DNA of 64,000 nucleotides from an uncultured Pseudomonadota bacterium (GCA_963749075.1 CAVVLJ010000017.1:1-64000), one strand, 5' to 3'; shown: positions 9,416 to 19,684, counted from the stretch's first letter. The notes: generated by a model not told the origin, from the letters alone. Made by a program: numbers and translations.

Positions 9416-10306
9416 ATGACCGCGTCGGAAGGGCCAATCGGCTTCATCGGGCTCGGCGTCATGGGCGAGCCCATGTGCGCGAACCTGGCGCGGAAGTGCG
9501 GCCGGCCGGTCATGGCCTACGACCTCCGTCCCGAGCCGCTCGCGCGCCTTCAGACGGAGCGCGTCATAGCGGCCGGCTCGGTTGCGGAGGTCGCGGCCGC
9601 GGCGGACGTCGTCATGCTCTCGCTGCCGAGCGGCAAGGAGCTCGCGGCGATCTCGGAGGGCAAGCGCGGCCTGCTCGCGCTGGCGCGTCCCGGACAGACG
9701 GTGATCGATCTCGGCACCTCGCCCGTCGCCCTGACCAAGGCGCTCGCCGGGCACTTCGCCGAAAGGGGCGCCTCTTACGCCGACGCGCCCGTGGCGCGCA
9801 CGCGCGCGGCGGCGGTGGCGGGCACGCTCAGCGTCATGGCCGGCGCGGACGCTGCGACCTTCGTGCGCATCCGCCCGCTCCTCGCCTGCTTCGCCGCCGA
9901 GATCAGCCATTGCGGTGCCGTCGGCTCAGGGCAGCTCTGCAAGATCGTCAACAACATGGTGCTGTTCGAGACCGGCGTCGCACTCGCCGAGGGGCTGGCC
10001 CTCGCGAAGAGCGCCGGCGTCGAGGCGGCCACCCTCCTCGCCACCCTCGCCAAGGGCTCGGCCGACAGCTTTGCGCTGCGCAACCACGGGATCAAGGCGA
10101 TGCTGCCCGGCGTCTTTCCCGAGCGGGCGTTCTCCGCCGCATACGCGCTCAAGGACGTGGGCTACGCCCTCGAGCTCGCCGCCGCCTCGGGCCTCCACTT
10201 GCGCGGTGCCGAGCTGGCGCGCACCCTCCTCGAGGCCGCCATCGCCCGCGGCGAGGGCAGCCGCTACTGGCCCGTCATCGCCAAGCTCCTCGAGAAGGCG
10301 CCCTGA
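9416..10306 (+). CDS. NAD(P)-dependent beta-hydroxyacid dehydrogenase (3-hydroxyisobutyrate DH / tartronate semialdehyde reductase family)
   Basis: IGFIGLGVMGEPM, DAPV, GSGQLCKIVNN, KDV.YAL. Confidence 0.85.
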   Translation: MTASEGPIGFIGLGVMGEPMCANLARKCGRPVMAYDLRPEPLARLQTERVIAAGSVAEVAAAADVVMLSLPSGKELAAISEGKRGLLALARPGQTVIDLGTSPVALTKALAGHFAERGASYADAPVARTRAAAVAGTLSVMAGADAATFVRIRPLLACFAAEISHCGAVGSGQLCKIVNNMVLFETGVALAEGLALAKSAGVEAATLLATLAKGSADSFALRNHGIKAMLPGVFPERAFSAAYALKDVGYALELAAASGLHLRGAELARTLLEAAIARGEGSRYWPVIAKLLEKAP

Positions 10307-10348
10307 GCGCCGCCGCCCCCCGCCTCACGAAAAGGTGAATCCGCTCAA

Positions 10349-10377
10349 TTGACATTGTCGATCGATCGATATATATC
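10349..10377 (+). promoter_or_regulatory. Promoter/TetR operator of the efflux operon
   Basis: TTGACA (10349-10354), 17-bp spacer containing the palindrome TCGATCGATCGA, then TATATC. Confidence 0.6.
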
Positions 10378-10415
10378 GGCCGGCTTCAAGCCACGACGGG
10401 ACGGGCGAAGTCGGC

Positions 10416-11165
10416 ATGAGCGGGGAGACGAGGCATTACCGGCCGGGGACGCACCCGCGCGGCGAGGACACGCGGCAGCGCCTCGTCGAGACGGCGACGG
10501 AGATCTTCGCACTCCACGGCTACGAGGGGGCCAGCACGCGCATGCTGGCCGAGCGCGCCGGCGTCAACCTTCCCGCCATCCAATACTATTTCGGCAGCAA
10601 GGAGGGCCTCTACCGCGCCGCCGTCGAGCACATCATGCTCTACATCGAGACGCAGATGGCTGCCGCCGCCGCGCGCATCCGAGCCGCACTCGCCGGCCGG
10701 CAGCCCTCGCGCCGGGAGCTCGGCCGCCTCCTCGACACCATGCTCGACGACTTCGCAGCCATGGTGCTCGGCGCGCAGCATTCGGAGAGCCGCAGGCTCT
10801 TCATCGCGCGCGCCGAGGTCGAGCGCATGGCGGCGATCGACCCTCTCCACGAGAGCATGCTGCGCCTCGTGCTGCGCCCCGCGGCCGCGCTCATAGGCGC
10901 CTTGACCGGCCGCACCGCGGACGACCGCGAGGTCGTGCTGCGCACCATCATGCTGCTCGGGCAGGTGACGATCTTCTGCAACAAGCCCTCGCACCGCGCG
11001 CTCGGCGCGGGCGAATTCAGCGCCGGGCAGGTCGCGGAGATCCAGGCGCTGGTGCGCGCGCACACCGCTGCGATCTTCCGCGGCGCCAAGGGTGCGGGGT
11101 CCAAAGCCGCGGGGCGCAAAGGCGCCAGGCCCGAGGTCGCCAAGCCCGCGGGTGCCGGACCATGA
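10416..11165 (+). CDS. TetR-family regulator (CecR-like)
   Basis: TRQRLVETA.EIFA.HGYEGASTRMLAERAGVNLPAIQYYFGSKEGLY HTH. Confidence 0.9.
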   Translation: MSGETRHYRPGTHPRGEDTRQRLVETATEIFALHGYEGASTRMLAERAGVNLPAIQYYFGSKEGLYRAAVEHIMLYIETQMAAAAARIRAALAGRQPSRRELGRLLDTMLDDFAAMVLGAQHSESRRLFIARAEVERMAAIDPLHESMLRLVLRPAAALIGALTGRTADDREVVLRTIMLLGQVTIFCNKPSHRALGAGEFSAGQVAEIQALVRAHTAAIFRGAKGAGSKAAGRKGARPEVAKPAGAGP

Positions 11166-12688
11166 CGCGCGATAAGCTCGCCCTTGCGGCGGCACTCGCC
11201 TCTGCGCTGCTCCTCGCGGCATGCGAGGTGGGCCCCGATTTCACGCGCCCGGCAGCGCCCGCCGCCGCGGGCTATGCGCCGGCACCGCTTGCGGAGAAGA
11301 CGGCGTCGGCGCCTGTTGCGGCGGGCGAGGCGCAGCGCATCGTTGCCGACCTCGATATCCCCGGTCAGTGGTGGACGCTCTTCCATTCCGAGCCGCTCAA
11401 CCGGCTGATCGATGACGCGCTCAAGACCAATCCCAGCCTGGAGGCCGCCGCCGCGGCGCTGCGCGAGGCCAAGGAGAACGTCTACGCGCAGGAGGGCTCG
11501 TTCTTCCCCACCGTCTCCGCCGGCGGCTCGGCCACGCGCGAGAAGATCTCCGGCGCGTCCTTCGGCCTGCCGGGCGAGAGCGGCGTGCTCGGCCTCACCA
11601 CCGCGACGCTCAACGTCTCCTATGCGCTCGACGTGTTCGGCGGTCTCAGGCGCCAGGCGGAATCCCTCGAGGCCCAGGCGGAATACCAGCGCTTCGAGCT
11701 CGAGGCGACCTATCTCAGCCTCACCGCCAACCTCGTCGTCGCGGCGGTGACGGAGGCCTCGCTGCGCGGCCAGATCGCGGCGACCCAAGACATCATCCGC
11801 ATCGAGGGCGACCAGCTCGGCGTGGTGCGCCGCCAGTTGACGCTCGGCGGCGCCTCCAAGGCGGACGTGCTCCAGCAGGAGGCAGCACTCGCCGCGACGC
11901 AGGCAGCACTGCCGCCGCTGCAGAAGCAGCTGGCCCAGGAGCGCAACGCGCTGGCCGCCCTCGCCGGCCGCTTCCCCAACGACGACGGGCCCGCGAAGTT
12001 CGAGCTCGCCTCGCTCGCCCTGCCCCGGGACCTGCCGCTCAGCCTGCCCGCGAAGCTCGTCGAGCAGCGCCCGGACGTGCGCGCCGCCGAGGCCGAGCTC
12101 CACGCGGCGAGTGCCGCCATCGGCGTCGCCGCAGCGAACCAGCTGCCCCAGTTCAACCTTTCGGGCCAGATCGGCACGAGCTCGCTCGGCTTCGACAAGC
12201 TGTTCTCGCCCGGCACCGGCATCTGGAGCTTGGGCGGCAGCGTGGCGGAGACGCTCTTCGACGCCGGCACGCTTGCCCACAAGAAGCGCGCCGCGGTCGC
12301 CGCCTTCGACCAGGCGGCGGCGCAATACCGCTCGACCGTGCTCGCCGCCTTCCAGAACGTCGCCGACGCCTTGCGCGCGCTCGCCTCCGACGCCGATGCC
12401 GTCAAGGCCGAGGCCGAGGCCGAGCGCTCGGCCAAGGACAGCCTGGCGCTCGCGCAGAGCCAGTACCAGCTCGGCGCCGTCAATTACCTGACGCTGCTCA
12501 ACGCCGAGCACACCTACCAGCAGGCGCTGATCAACCTGGTGGCGGCGCAGGCGAGCCGCTTCTCCGACACGGCGGCGCTGTTCCAGGCGCTCGGCGGCGG
12601 CTGGTGGAACCGCAGCGACGTGCCGGCGAGCGCCAATGCAGCACCGGGGCTCTTCCTCCTCCCCCCGCTCGGCTTCGACAACCCCTAA
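11162..12688 (+). CDS. Outer membrane efflux lipoprotein (NodT/OprM family)
   Basis: Lipobox LAAC-EVGPDF, WWTLF, LDVFGG.RR, RPDVRAAE, LFQALGGGW. Confidence 0.92.
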   Translation: MTRDKLALAAALASALLLAACEVGPDFTRPAAPAAAGYAPAPLAEKTASAPVAAGEAQRIVADLDIPGQWWTLFHSEPLNRLIDDALKTNPSLEAAAAALREAKENVYAQEGSFFPTVSAGGSATREKISGASFGLPGESGVLGLTTATLNVSYALDVFGGLRRQAESLEAQAEYQRFELEATYLSLTANLVVAAVTEASLRGQIAATQDIIRIEGDQLGVVRRQLTLGGASKADVLQQEAALAATQAALPPLQKQLAQERNALAALAGRFPNDDGPAKFELASLALPRDLPLSLPAKLVEQRPDVRAAEAELHAASAAIGVAAANQLPQFNLSGQIGTSSLGFDKLFSPGTGIWSLGGSVAETLFDAGTLAHKKRAAVAAFDQAAAQYRSTVLAAFQNVADALRALASDADAVKAEAEAERSAKDSLALAQSQYQLGAVNYLTLLNAEHTYQQALINLVAAQASRFSDTAALFQALGGGWWNRSDVPASANAAPGLFLLPPLGFDNP

Positions 12689-12705
12689 CGGACGAGACGG
12701 ACGCG

Positions 12706-13836
12706 ATGATCAAACGCATGATTCTGATGTTGATCGCGGCCGCCTTGGTGTTCGGCGCCATCTTCGGCTTCGAGGCCTTCAAGAGCAGTGCGATCAAGAA
12801 GTTCCTCGCCTCGCAGGGCAATCCGGCGCAGACGGTGTCCACCGCCAAGGCGGAATATCAGAGCTGGCAGCCGAGCCTCTCGGCGGTCGGCAGCTTGCGC
12901 GCCGAGAACGGCGCCGATCTCAGCTTCCAGGTCTCGGGCATCGTCTCGGCGATCCATTTCGAGTCCGGCGCCGACGTTCCGGCCGGCGCCGTTCTCGTCG
13001 AGCTCATGGCGGGCGACGACATCGCCAAGCTGCAGTCCTTGAAGGCGTTGGCCGCCCTTTCCCGCATCACCTACGAGCGCGACGAGCGCCAGCTCAAGGC
13101 CCAGGCGGTCAGCCAGCAGACGGTCGACAGCGACGCCCAGACGCTCAAGAGCAACGAGGCCCAGGTCACCCAACAGCAGGCGCTCGTCGACTACAAGACC
13201 CTGCGTGCGCCCTTCGCCGGACGGCTCGGCATCCGGCAGGTCGACCTCGGCCAGTACCTCGCCGCCGGCACCGCCATCGCTACGCTGCAGTCGCTCGATC
13301 CCATCTTCGTCGATTTCTACATGCCGCAGCAGGCGCTCGACGAGGTCAAGGTGGGCCAGGCGGTGACCGCCAGGGTCGACACCTATCCCAAGGACGCCTT
13401 CGCCGGCCGCATCACCGCGATCAGTCCGAAGGTGGACGCGACGACGCGCAACGTGCAGCTGCGCGCCGAGCTCAAGAACCCGGAGAAGAAGCTGCTCCCC
13501 GGCATGTTCGCGACGGTCGAGATCGCGACGGGGCAGCCGCAGCGCTACGTGACGCTGCCGCAGACCGCGATCGCCTACAACCCCTATGGCGCCACGGTCT
13601 ATCTCGTCGAGGACCAGGGCAAGGACGCCAAGGGCCAGCCGCGTCTCGTCGCCCGGCAGACCTTCGTCACCACGGGAGATACGCGCGGCGACCAGGTGGC
13701 GGTGCTCTCCGGCGTCAAGCAGGGCGACACCGTGGTCACCGCCGGCCAGATCAAGCTCCACCACGGCACGCCGCTCCTCGTCAACAATGCCGTCAAGCCG
13801 GCCGACGACGCCAATCCCAAGCCGGTCGACCAGTAG
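12706..13836 (+). CDS. RND efflux membrane fusion protein
   Basis: N-terminal TM, SGIV..I.FESG, RAPFAGRLGIRQVDLGQY, LLPGMF. Confidence 0.92.
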   Translation: MIKRMILMLIAAALVFGAIFGFEAFKSSAIKKFLASQGNPAQTVSTAKAEYQSWQPSLSAVGSLRAENGADLSFQVSGIVSAIHFESGADVPAGAVLVELMAGDDIAKLQSLKALAALSRITYERDERQLKAQAVSQQTVDSDAQTLKSNEAQVTQQQALVDYKTLRAPFAGRLGIRQVDLGQYLAAGTAIATLQSLDPIFVDFYMPQQALDEVKVGQAVTARVDTYPKDAFAGRITAISPKVDATTRNVQLRAELKNPEKKLLPGMFATVEIATGQPQRYVTLPQTAIAYNPYGATVYLVEDQGKDAKGQPRLVARQTFVTTGDTRGDQVAVLSGVKQGDTVVTAGQIKLHHGTPLLVNNAVKPADDANPKPVDQ

Positions 13837-13851
13837 GACGAAGAGAGCGTC

Positions 13852-16800
13852 ATGACATTCACCGACCTCTTCATCCGCCGGCCGGTGCTGGCGAGCGTCA
13901 TCAGCCTCATGATCCTGGTGCTCGGCCTGCGCTCGGCGGGCACCCTTCCCATCCTCCAGTACCCGCGCACGGAGAATGCGGTGGTGACGGTCTCCACCAC
14001 CTATTACGGCGCCGACCCCGACGTGGTCGCGGGCTTCATCACCACGCCGCTCGAGAACGCCATCGCCCAGGCGAACGGCATCGACTACATGAGCTCGACG
14101 AGCCAGAGCGGAACCAGCACGATCACCGTCTACCTGCGCCTCAACTACGATCCGGACAAGGCGCTGACCGAGATCAGCGCCAAGGTGAGCTCGGTGCTCA
14201 ACCAGCTGCCGTCCGGCTCGCAGCAGCCCGTGCTCAGCGTCAAGGTGGGCCAGACCATCGACGCCATGTACATCGGCTTCAACAGCGACGTGCTGCAGCC
14301 CAACCAGATCACCGATTATCTCACCCGCGTGGTGCAGCCCAAGCTGCAGGCGGTCGAGGGCGTGCAGACCGCGGAGATACTGGGCGCCAAGAACTTCGCG
14401 CTGCGCGCCTGGCTCGATCCGGAGAAGCTCGCCGCCTATGGCCTGACCGCGGCCGACGTGAGCGCCGCACTCGCCAGCAACGACTACATCTCCGGGCTCG
14501 GCAGCACCAAGGGCCAGATGGTGCAGGTCAACCTGACCGCCTCCACCAGCCTCCACTCGGTCGATGAATTCCGCAACCTCGTGCTCAAGCAGGCGAACGG
14601 CGCCATCGTGCGCCTGAAGGACGTGGCCAAGGTGCTGCTCGGCTCCGACAATTACGAGCTCGAGGTCGGCTTCGACGGCAAGCGCGCGGTCTATATCGGC
14701 ATCCAGGTGGCGCCCGCCGCCAACCTCCTCGACGTGATCAAGGGCGTGCGCAAGATCTTCCCCGACATCCAGGCGCAGCTGCCGCAGGGCATGAGCGGCG
14801 AGATCGTCTACGATTCGACGGCCTTCGTGAACAGCTCGATCAACGAGGTCGAGCGCACGCTCATCGAGGCGCTCATCATCGTCACCCTCGTCATCTTCGC
14901 CTTCTTGGGCTCGCTGCGCTCGGTGGTGATCCCGACGCTCGCCATCCCGCTGTCGCTCATCGGCACCCTCACCCTGATGTTCGCCTTCGGCTTCTCGATC
15001 AACCTCTTGACGCTCCTCGCCCTGGTGCTGGCCATCGGCCTCGTGGTCGACGACGCCATCATCGTGGTCGAGAACGTGAACCGCCATCTCGACGAGGGCA
15101 TGCAGGCCATCCCGGCGGCGATCCAGGCGGCGCGCGAGCTCGGCGGACCGATCATCGCCATGACCGTCGTCCTCGTCGCGGTCTATGTGCCGATCGGCTT
15201 CCAGGGCGGCCTCACGGGGGCGCTCTTCACCGAGTTCGCCTTCACCCTCGTGGGCGCCGTCACCGTTTCGGCCGTCGTCGCGCTCACGCTCTCGCCGATG
15301 ATGTGCTCGCGCCTCTTGAAGCCGCATACGGCCGGGCGCCGCGGCTGGCAGGAGGCCCTAGCCGACTTCATCGACCGCAGCTTCGACCGCGTGCGCCGCA
15401 CTTATGCGCGCTGGCTGCACGGCAGCCTCAACTACCTGCCGGTGACCGGCCTCTTCGCGCTCATCGTGCTCTCGAGCATCTATTTCCTCTACGTCGGCTC
15501 CAAGAGCGAGCTCGCTCCCCAGGAGGACGAAGGCGTCATCATCACCCAGTCGATCGCGGCGCCCGACGCCACCCTCCAGCAGCGCCAGCTCTATTCCCGC
15601 CAGGTCTATAAGCTCTTCACCGGCTATCCGGAGATGGATCACGTCTTCCAGCTCGACGTGCCGGGTCAGTCGATCGCCGGCATGGTCTTCAAGCCGTGGG
15701 ACGAGCGCACGCGCACCACCAACGAGCTGCAGCCGATCGTGCAGCGCGATCTCTCGTCCCATGTCGCCGGCACCAAGATCGTCGCCTTCCAGCCGCCGCC
15801 GCTGCCGGGCGCCGTCGGCCTGCCGGTGCAGTTCGTCATCGGCACCACCGATCCCTTCGACCGGCTCAACGACGTGGCGCAGCAGTTCCTGCAGGAGGCC
15901 ATCAAGAGCGGCCTCTTCATCTTCCTCGACAGCGACCTGAAGATCGACCAGCCCCAGTCGACAGTGGAGATCGACCGCGACAAGACGGCGGAGCTCGGCC
16001 TCAAGATGAGCGACGTGGGAAGTGCGATGGCCTGGATGCTCGGCGGCGCCTACGTCAATTATTTCGGCCTCGACCGGCGCTCCTACAAGGTGATCCCGCA
16101 GGTGCAGCAGCGTCACCGGCTGAACACCCGGCAGCTCCTCGGCTATTACATCGGCTCGGTCAACGGCATCCCGGTGCCGCTCTCCACGGTGGCGCGCATC
16201 GCCACCACGACCGTGCCCGAATCGCTCAATCACTTCCAGCAGATCAACGCCGCCACCATCCAGGGCGTGGCGGCACCCGGCGTGGCGCTGGGCGAGGCGC
16301 TCGACTACATGAAGGCGCTCGCCGCGCGCACGCTGCCCCAGGGCTACTCCGTCGACTACGGCGGCCTCACCCGTCAGTACGTCCAGGAGTCGAGCGGCTT
16401 CGTCGCCACCTTCGCCTTCGCCCTCATCATCATCTTCCTCTCCCTTGCGGCGCTCTTCGAGAGCTTCCGCGATCCCCTCATCATCCTCGTCTCGGTGCCG
16501 ATGTCGATCGCGGGCGCCCTCGTCTTCATCAGCCTCGGCTTCTGGGGCGCCAGCCTCAACATCTACACCGAGGTCGGCCTCGTGACGCTCATGGGCCTCA
16601 TCAGCAAGCACGGCATCCTCATCGTCGAGTTCGCCAACGACTTGCAGCGCCACGGCAAATCCAAGCGCCAGGCGATCGAGGAGGCGGCCGGCATCCGGCT
16701 GAGACCCATCCTCATGACGACGGCCGCCATGGTGCTCGGCGTGGTGCCGCTCATCTTAGCCGGCGGCGCCGGCGCGGTGTCGCGCTTCGACATGGGGCTG

Positions 16801-16941
16801 GTGATCGCGAGCGGCCTCTCGATCGGCACGCTCTTCACGCTCTTCGTGGTGCCCAGCGTCTATATGATGATCGCGACCGACCACTCGAAGGAGGCGGAGG
16901 CTGCGGCCGAGCCGGCGAGCCCGGCGCCGCACGAGGCCTGA
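13852..16941 (+). CDS. RND efflux permease (AcrB/MexW-MexI type)
   Basis: FIRRPVLA, LAIGLVVDDAIIVVEN, GLISKHGILIVEFAN, RLRPILMTT; 1029 aa. Confidence 0.95.
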   Translation: MTFTDLFIRRPVLASVISLMILVLGLRSAGTLPILQYPRTENAVVTVSTTYYGADPDVVAGFITTPLENAIAQANGIDYMSSTSQSGTSTITVYLRLNYDPDKALTEISAKVSSVLNQLPSGSQQPVLSVKVGQTIDAMYIGFNSDVLQPNQITDYLTRVVQPKLQAVEGVQTAEILGAKNFALRAWLDPEKLAAYGLTAADVSAALASNDYISGLGSTKGQMVQVNLTASTSLHSVDEFRNLVLKQANGAIVRLKDVAKVLLGSDNYELEVGFDGKRAVYIGIQVAPAANLLDVIKGVRKIFPDIQAQLPQGMSGEIVYDSTAFVNSSINEVERTLIEALIIVTLVIFAFLGSLRSVVIPTLAIPLSLIGTLTLMFAFGFSINLLTLLALVLAIGLVVDDAIIVVENVNRHLDEGMQAIPAAIQAARELGGPIIAMTVVLVAVYVPIGFQGGLTGALFTEFAFTLVGAVTVSAVVALTLSPMMCSRLLKPHTAGRRGWQEALADFIDRSFDRVRRTYARWLHGSLNYLPVTGLFALIVLSSIYFLYVGSKSELAPQEDEGVIITQSIAAPDATLQQRQLYSRQVYKLFTGYPEMDHVFQLDVPGQSIAGMVFKPWDERTRTTNELQPIVQRDLSSHVAGTKIVAFQPPPLPGAVGLPVQFVIGTTDPFDRLNDVAQQFLQEAIKSGLFIFLDSDLKIDQPQSTVEIDRDKTAELGLKMSDVGSAMAWMLGGAYVNYFGLDRRSYKVIPQVQQRHRLNTRQLLGYYIGSVNGIPVPLSTVARIATTTVPESLNHFQQINAATIQGVAAPGVALGEALDYMKALAARTLPQGYSVDYGGLTRQYVQESSGFVATFAFALIIIFLSLAALFESFRDPLIILVSVPMSIAGALVFISLGFWGASLNIYTEVGLVTLMGLISKHGILIVEFANDLQRHGKSKRQAIEEAAGIRLRPILMTTAAMVLGVVPLILAGGAGAVSRFDMGLVIASGLSIGTLFTLFVVPSVYMMIATDHSKEAEAAAEPASPAPHEA

Positions 16942-17075
16942 GCCAAGCGGGAAGCGGGCGTTGCCAGCCGGCGGCGGCGCTGCTATCGATTGCCGAAAGG
17001 AACGCAGGCAGCGCCAGCTCTGCGCGTAGCTCTCACAAGAGAAGGTGGAAAGGCCTGCGAAGGAAGAGGGATGTC

Positions 17076-17411
17076 ATGCGCATCGTGGCGACACTCGCGG
17101 CTGCATGCGTCGTTCTGGCTCTCGTGGCACTCTACGTGGTCGGCAGCGAGGGCATCGGCGCCGCCGACGACGGGCTCGCGGCCGGGCTCTTCGCCGGAGC
17201 CGCGATCTTCGATCTCTCGGCCGGCTTCGTCACCTATTTCGCCCCCTTGTGGATCGCCATCTTCCGCGGCCATCCCGACGCGCGCGGCATCGCGGCGCTC
17301 AATCTCCTCCTCGGCTGGACGGTGATCGGCTGGCTCCTCGCCATGGTGTGGGCGGTCTCGCGCGTGCCGCTGCGGCGGGCGGCGCAGCCGGCACCGGCCC
17401 TGCGCCATTGA
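17076..17411 (+). CDS. Superinfection immunity protein (T4 Imm-like)
   Basis: YFAPLWIAIFRGH...IAALNLLLGWTVIGWLLAMVWA matches the Imm_superinfect motif N..LGWT.IGW..A..WA. Confidence 0.75.
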   Translation: MRIVATLAAACVVLALVALYVVGSEGIGAADDGLAAGLFAGAAIFDLSAGFVTYFAPLWIAIFRGHPDARGIAALNLLLGWTVIGWLLAMVWAVSRVPLRRAAQPAPALRH

Positions 17412-17860
17412 GGGGCCTCTTGTCAGGGGCACGCGGGCATTGCTTGGGGCTGGGCTTGGGCTTGGCAATCGCCCTGGCGCTCGCAGGCTGCGGGCGCGAG
17501 AGCGTGACGACGGCGACGCCGCCGCCCGCCAACGAGCAAAACCTTGTCGGCACCCCCAAGGCGCGGCTCCTGGCCTGCGCGGGCAGCCCCGCCATCGCCT
17601 ATCAGCAAGCCGGGCTTGAATACCTGGGCTTCCGGGCCAAGACCACCATCGGCGGCGGCTACCTGCAGGACGCGCCGGACCTTCCGCTCGTCGGCTCCCC
17701 TGCTATCGGCAGCAAGGGCACCGAGGTTCTCTGCCAAGCGAGCGTCGTGCTCAAGGGCGGCGTCGTCGATGCCGTGACGCTGCGCAGCGACCCGCCGCAG
17801 GACAGGAAGACCACGGAAACACTCTGCCTGCCGATGCTGGCGCGCTGCCTCTCGCCGTGA
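17408..17860 (+). CDS. Hypothetical lipoprotein
   Basis: TTG overlapping the upstream stop; hydrophobic stretch ending in lipobox LAGC; LVG.PK..LLACAG.P motif and several Cys. Confidence 0.6.
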   Translation: MRGLLSGARGHCLGLGLGLAIALALAGCGRESVTTATPPPANEQNLVGTPKARLLACAGSPAIAYQQAGLEYLGFRAKTTIGGGYLQDAPDLPLVGSPAIGSKGTEVLCQASVVLKGGVVDAVTLRSDPPQDRKTTETLCLPMLARCLSP

Positions 17861-17879
17861 AGCGCGCGGTCCTGGTCGC

Positions 17880-18080
17880 TCACTCCCGGCTCGCCGCCTC
17901 CTGCCTTTCCGAGAGCAAGGCCTTGCAGGCGACCATGACGCGCAGCCAATGGGTGCGGCTCTCCACGTCGCCCGCCTCGAGGAGCGCATGGGACCACCGC
18001 GAGGCGTAGCCCGGCGCCGCTTCGCCGGCCTTGGCGACGAGAACGCCCGCCGCGCGCCAAATCTCGCTCCCAGTATCCAT
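17880..18080 (-). CDS. Small conserved hypothetical protein
   Basis: GGAGG RBS; EIWRAA.VLV...G..A...A......LLEAGD......W.RV..A...L pattern common in alphaproteobacteria. Confidence 0.6.
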   Translation of the reverse strand: MDTGSEIWRAAGVLVAKAGEAAPGYASRWSHALLEAGDVESRTHWLRVMVACKALLSERQEAASRE

Positions 18081-18523
18081 CGTCAAACCTCCACGCATTT
18101 GAGCCCCGGAGGCCGGCAGCGCCCCAGCGGGCTCCGCCGCGACGACGCTCCGGGGGCAGGCACCGTCCCCTCGCTCATCTGCACCTAGCGCTGGCGCCGA
18201 GGATTTCAAGCCGGGTTCGGTTCATCTCGGAGGAAATTTCGTGGCTGCGGGGCACCGGCGGCGGGCCCTGGAGCCGGCTCCCGCCGGGGAGCCGGAGATC
18301 AATGAAATCATGGCGATGGGCGGCGTTCCTGCGGCGACGGTGGCAAATACAGCCGTTGACGCCGCAACATTGAGCGAGCAAATCCGCCGCCGGACGAGAC
18401 AAAAAGGCCGGCGCCGCAAGGTGAGGCGCGCTCCCGCCCTCGCGAGAATTAACTCGAAACGCGGCAAAGCTTCATCTATACTACCAGATATAGGGGAGAC
18501 TCTTTACAGAGGGCACAAACGTA

Positions 18524-18793
18524 ATGTCGAACTGGGCAACTACGGGCGTCAATGAGGACCCGCATGTCGGCCAGCAATACCAGCGGACCGACGGCACGGG
18601 CCTGGTTTTCGAGGTGGTTGGGACGGTCGAGTGCTTCAGGCAGCCGCACATCCGCGTGCGCCGGGTCGACGATCCGACCGACATGCGGGTGTTCGCCCGC
18701 TCGGCGCTGACGGACGGGCAGAGCTTCCGCGCCGTCGACCAGTCGGCACCGCCGCGCGTCGGCTACGGGCAGCTCCGTCTCAAAGCGAGCTAA
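18524..18793 (+). CDS. Small hypothetical protein
   Basis: 89-aa ORF with GAGGG RBS downstream of an AT-rich promoter-like region; non-shadow composition. Confidence 0.55.
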   Translation: MSNWATTGVNEDPHVGQQYQRTDGTGLVFEVVGTVECFRQPHIRVRRVDDPTDMRVFARSALTDGQSFRAVDQSAPPRVGYGQLRLKAS

Positions 18794-18819
18794 GCAGCAC
18801 CATCCTCGCGGAGCGAGCG

Positions 18820-19464
18820 ATGGCAAGTCCCAAGCGGCCCGGTGCCGGCGACGCTCTTCTCGTCATCGACATGCAATACGACTTCTGCCCGGGCGGCAGC
18901 CTCGCCGTGGCGGGCGGCGAGGAGGTCATCCCGCTCGTGAACCGCCTCGCCGGCAGCTTCGCCCATGTCGTGCTGACGCAGGACTGGCATCCGCGCGGCC
19001 ATCTCTCCTTCGCCTCGGCGCACCCCGGCAAGCAGCCCTTCGAGAGCGTGCGGCTCGCTTACGGCATGCAGACCCTGTGGCCCGACCACTGCGTGCAGGG
19101 CACGCACGGCGCCGAGCTCCACCGGGCGCTCGCCGTGCCGCAGGCCGAGCTCGTGCTGCGCAAGGGTTTCCGCCGCGAGATCGATTCCTATTCCGCCTTC
19201 TTCGAGAACGACCGCACGACGCCGACCGGTTTGGCCGGCTACCTCCGCGAGCGCGGCTTCACGCGGCTCTTCTTAGCCGGGCTGGCGCTCGATTTCTGCG
19301 TGCGCTGGTCGGCCGAGGACGCGCGCCGGCTCGGCTTCGCGGCGGTCGTCGTCGAGGACGCCTGCCGCGCCATCGACATGGGCGGCAGTTTAGCCGCCGC
19401 GCGCACGGCACTGGCGGCGGCCGGCGCCGCACTCGTGCTCAGCGAGACGCTCGGCTTCGAGTGA
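18820..19464 (+). CDS. pncA: Nicotinamidase/pyrazinamidase
   Basis: VIDMQYDFCPGGSLAV, TQDWHP, LWPDHCVQGT, RKG....DSYSAF, GLALDFCV. Confidence 0.93.
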   Translation: MASPKRPGAGDALLVIDMQYDFCPGGSLAVAGGEEVIPLVNRLAGSFAHVVLTQDWHPRGHLSFASAHPGKQPFESVRLAYGMQTLWPDHCVQGTHGAELHRALAVPQAELVLRKGFRREIDSYSAFFENDRTTPTGLAGYLRERGFTRLFLAGLALDFCVRWSAEDARRLGFAAVVVEDACRAIDMGGSLAAARTALAAAGAALVLSETLGFE

Positions 19465-19480
19465 GCGTCCTCGCCGCGGC

Positions 19481-19684
19481 TCAGTCCTCGAGGAGGAAGG
19501 TGAGCTCCATGGTCGAGCGGTACTCGGTGATCTTGCCGCGCTCGACCTTGGCCTTCATCTCCACCACCTCGAGCCCGGTGATGCCGCGAAGCGTCTTGGC
19601 GGCACGCTTGAGCCCCTGATTGACGGCGTCGTCGAAGCTCTTCGTCGACGCGGCGGTAACCTTGGTGACGCGTGCAACGGCCAT
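19481..19684 (-). CDS. Dodecin family flavin-binding protein
   Basis: MAVARVTKVTAASTKSFDDAV..G..RAAKTLRGI...EV........I.EYR....LTF.LE; GGAGG RBS. Confidence 0.88.
   Translation of the reverse strand: MAVARVTKVTAASTKSFDDAVNQGLKRAAKTLRGITGLEVVEMKAKVERGKITEYRSTMELTFLLED

Noticed and set aside
18241-18555. 104-aa ORF with basic stretch
   Set aside because: No motif, runs into the AT-rich promoter region and overlaps the better-supported 18524 ORF.
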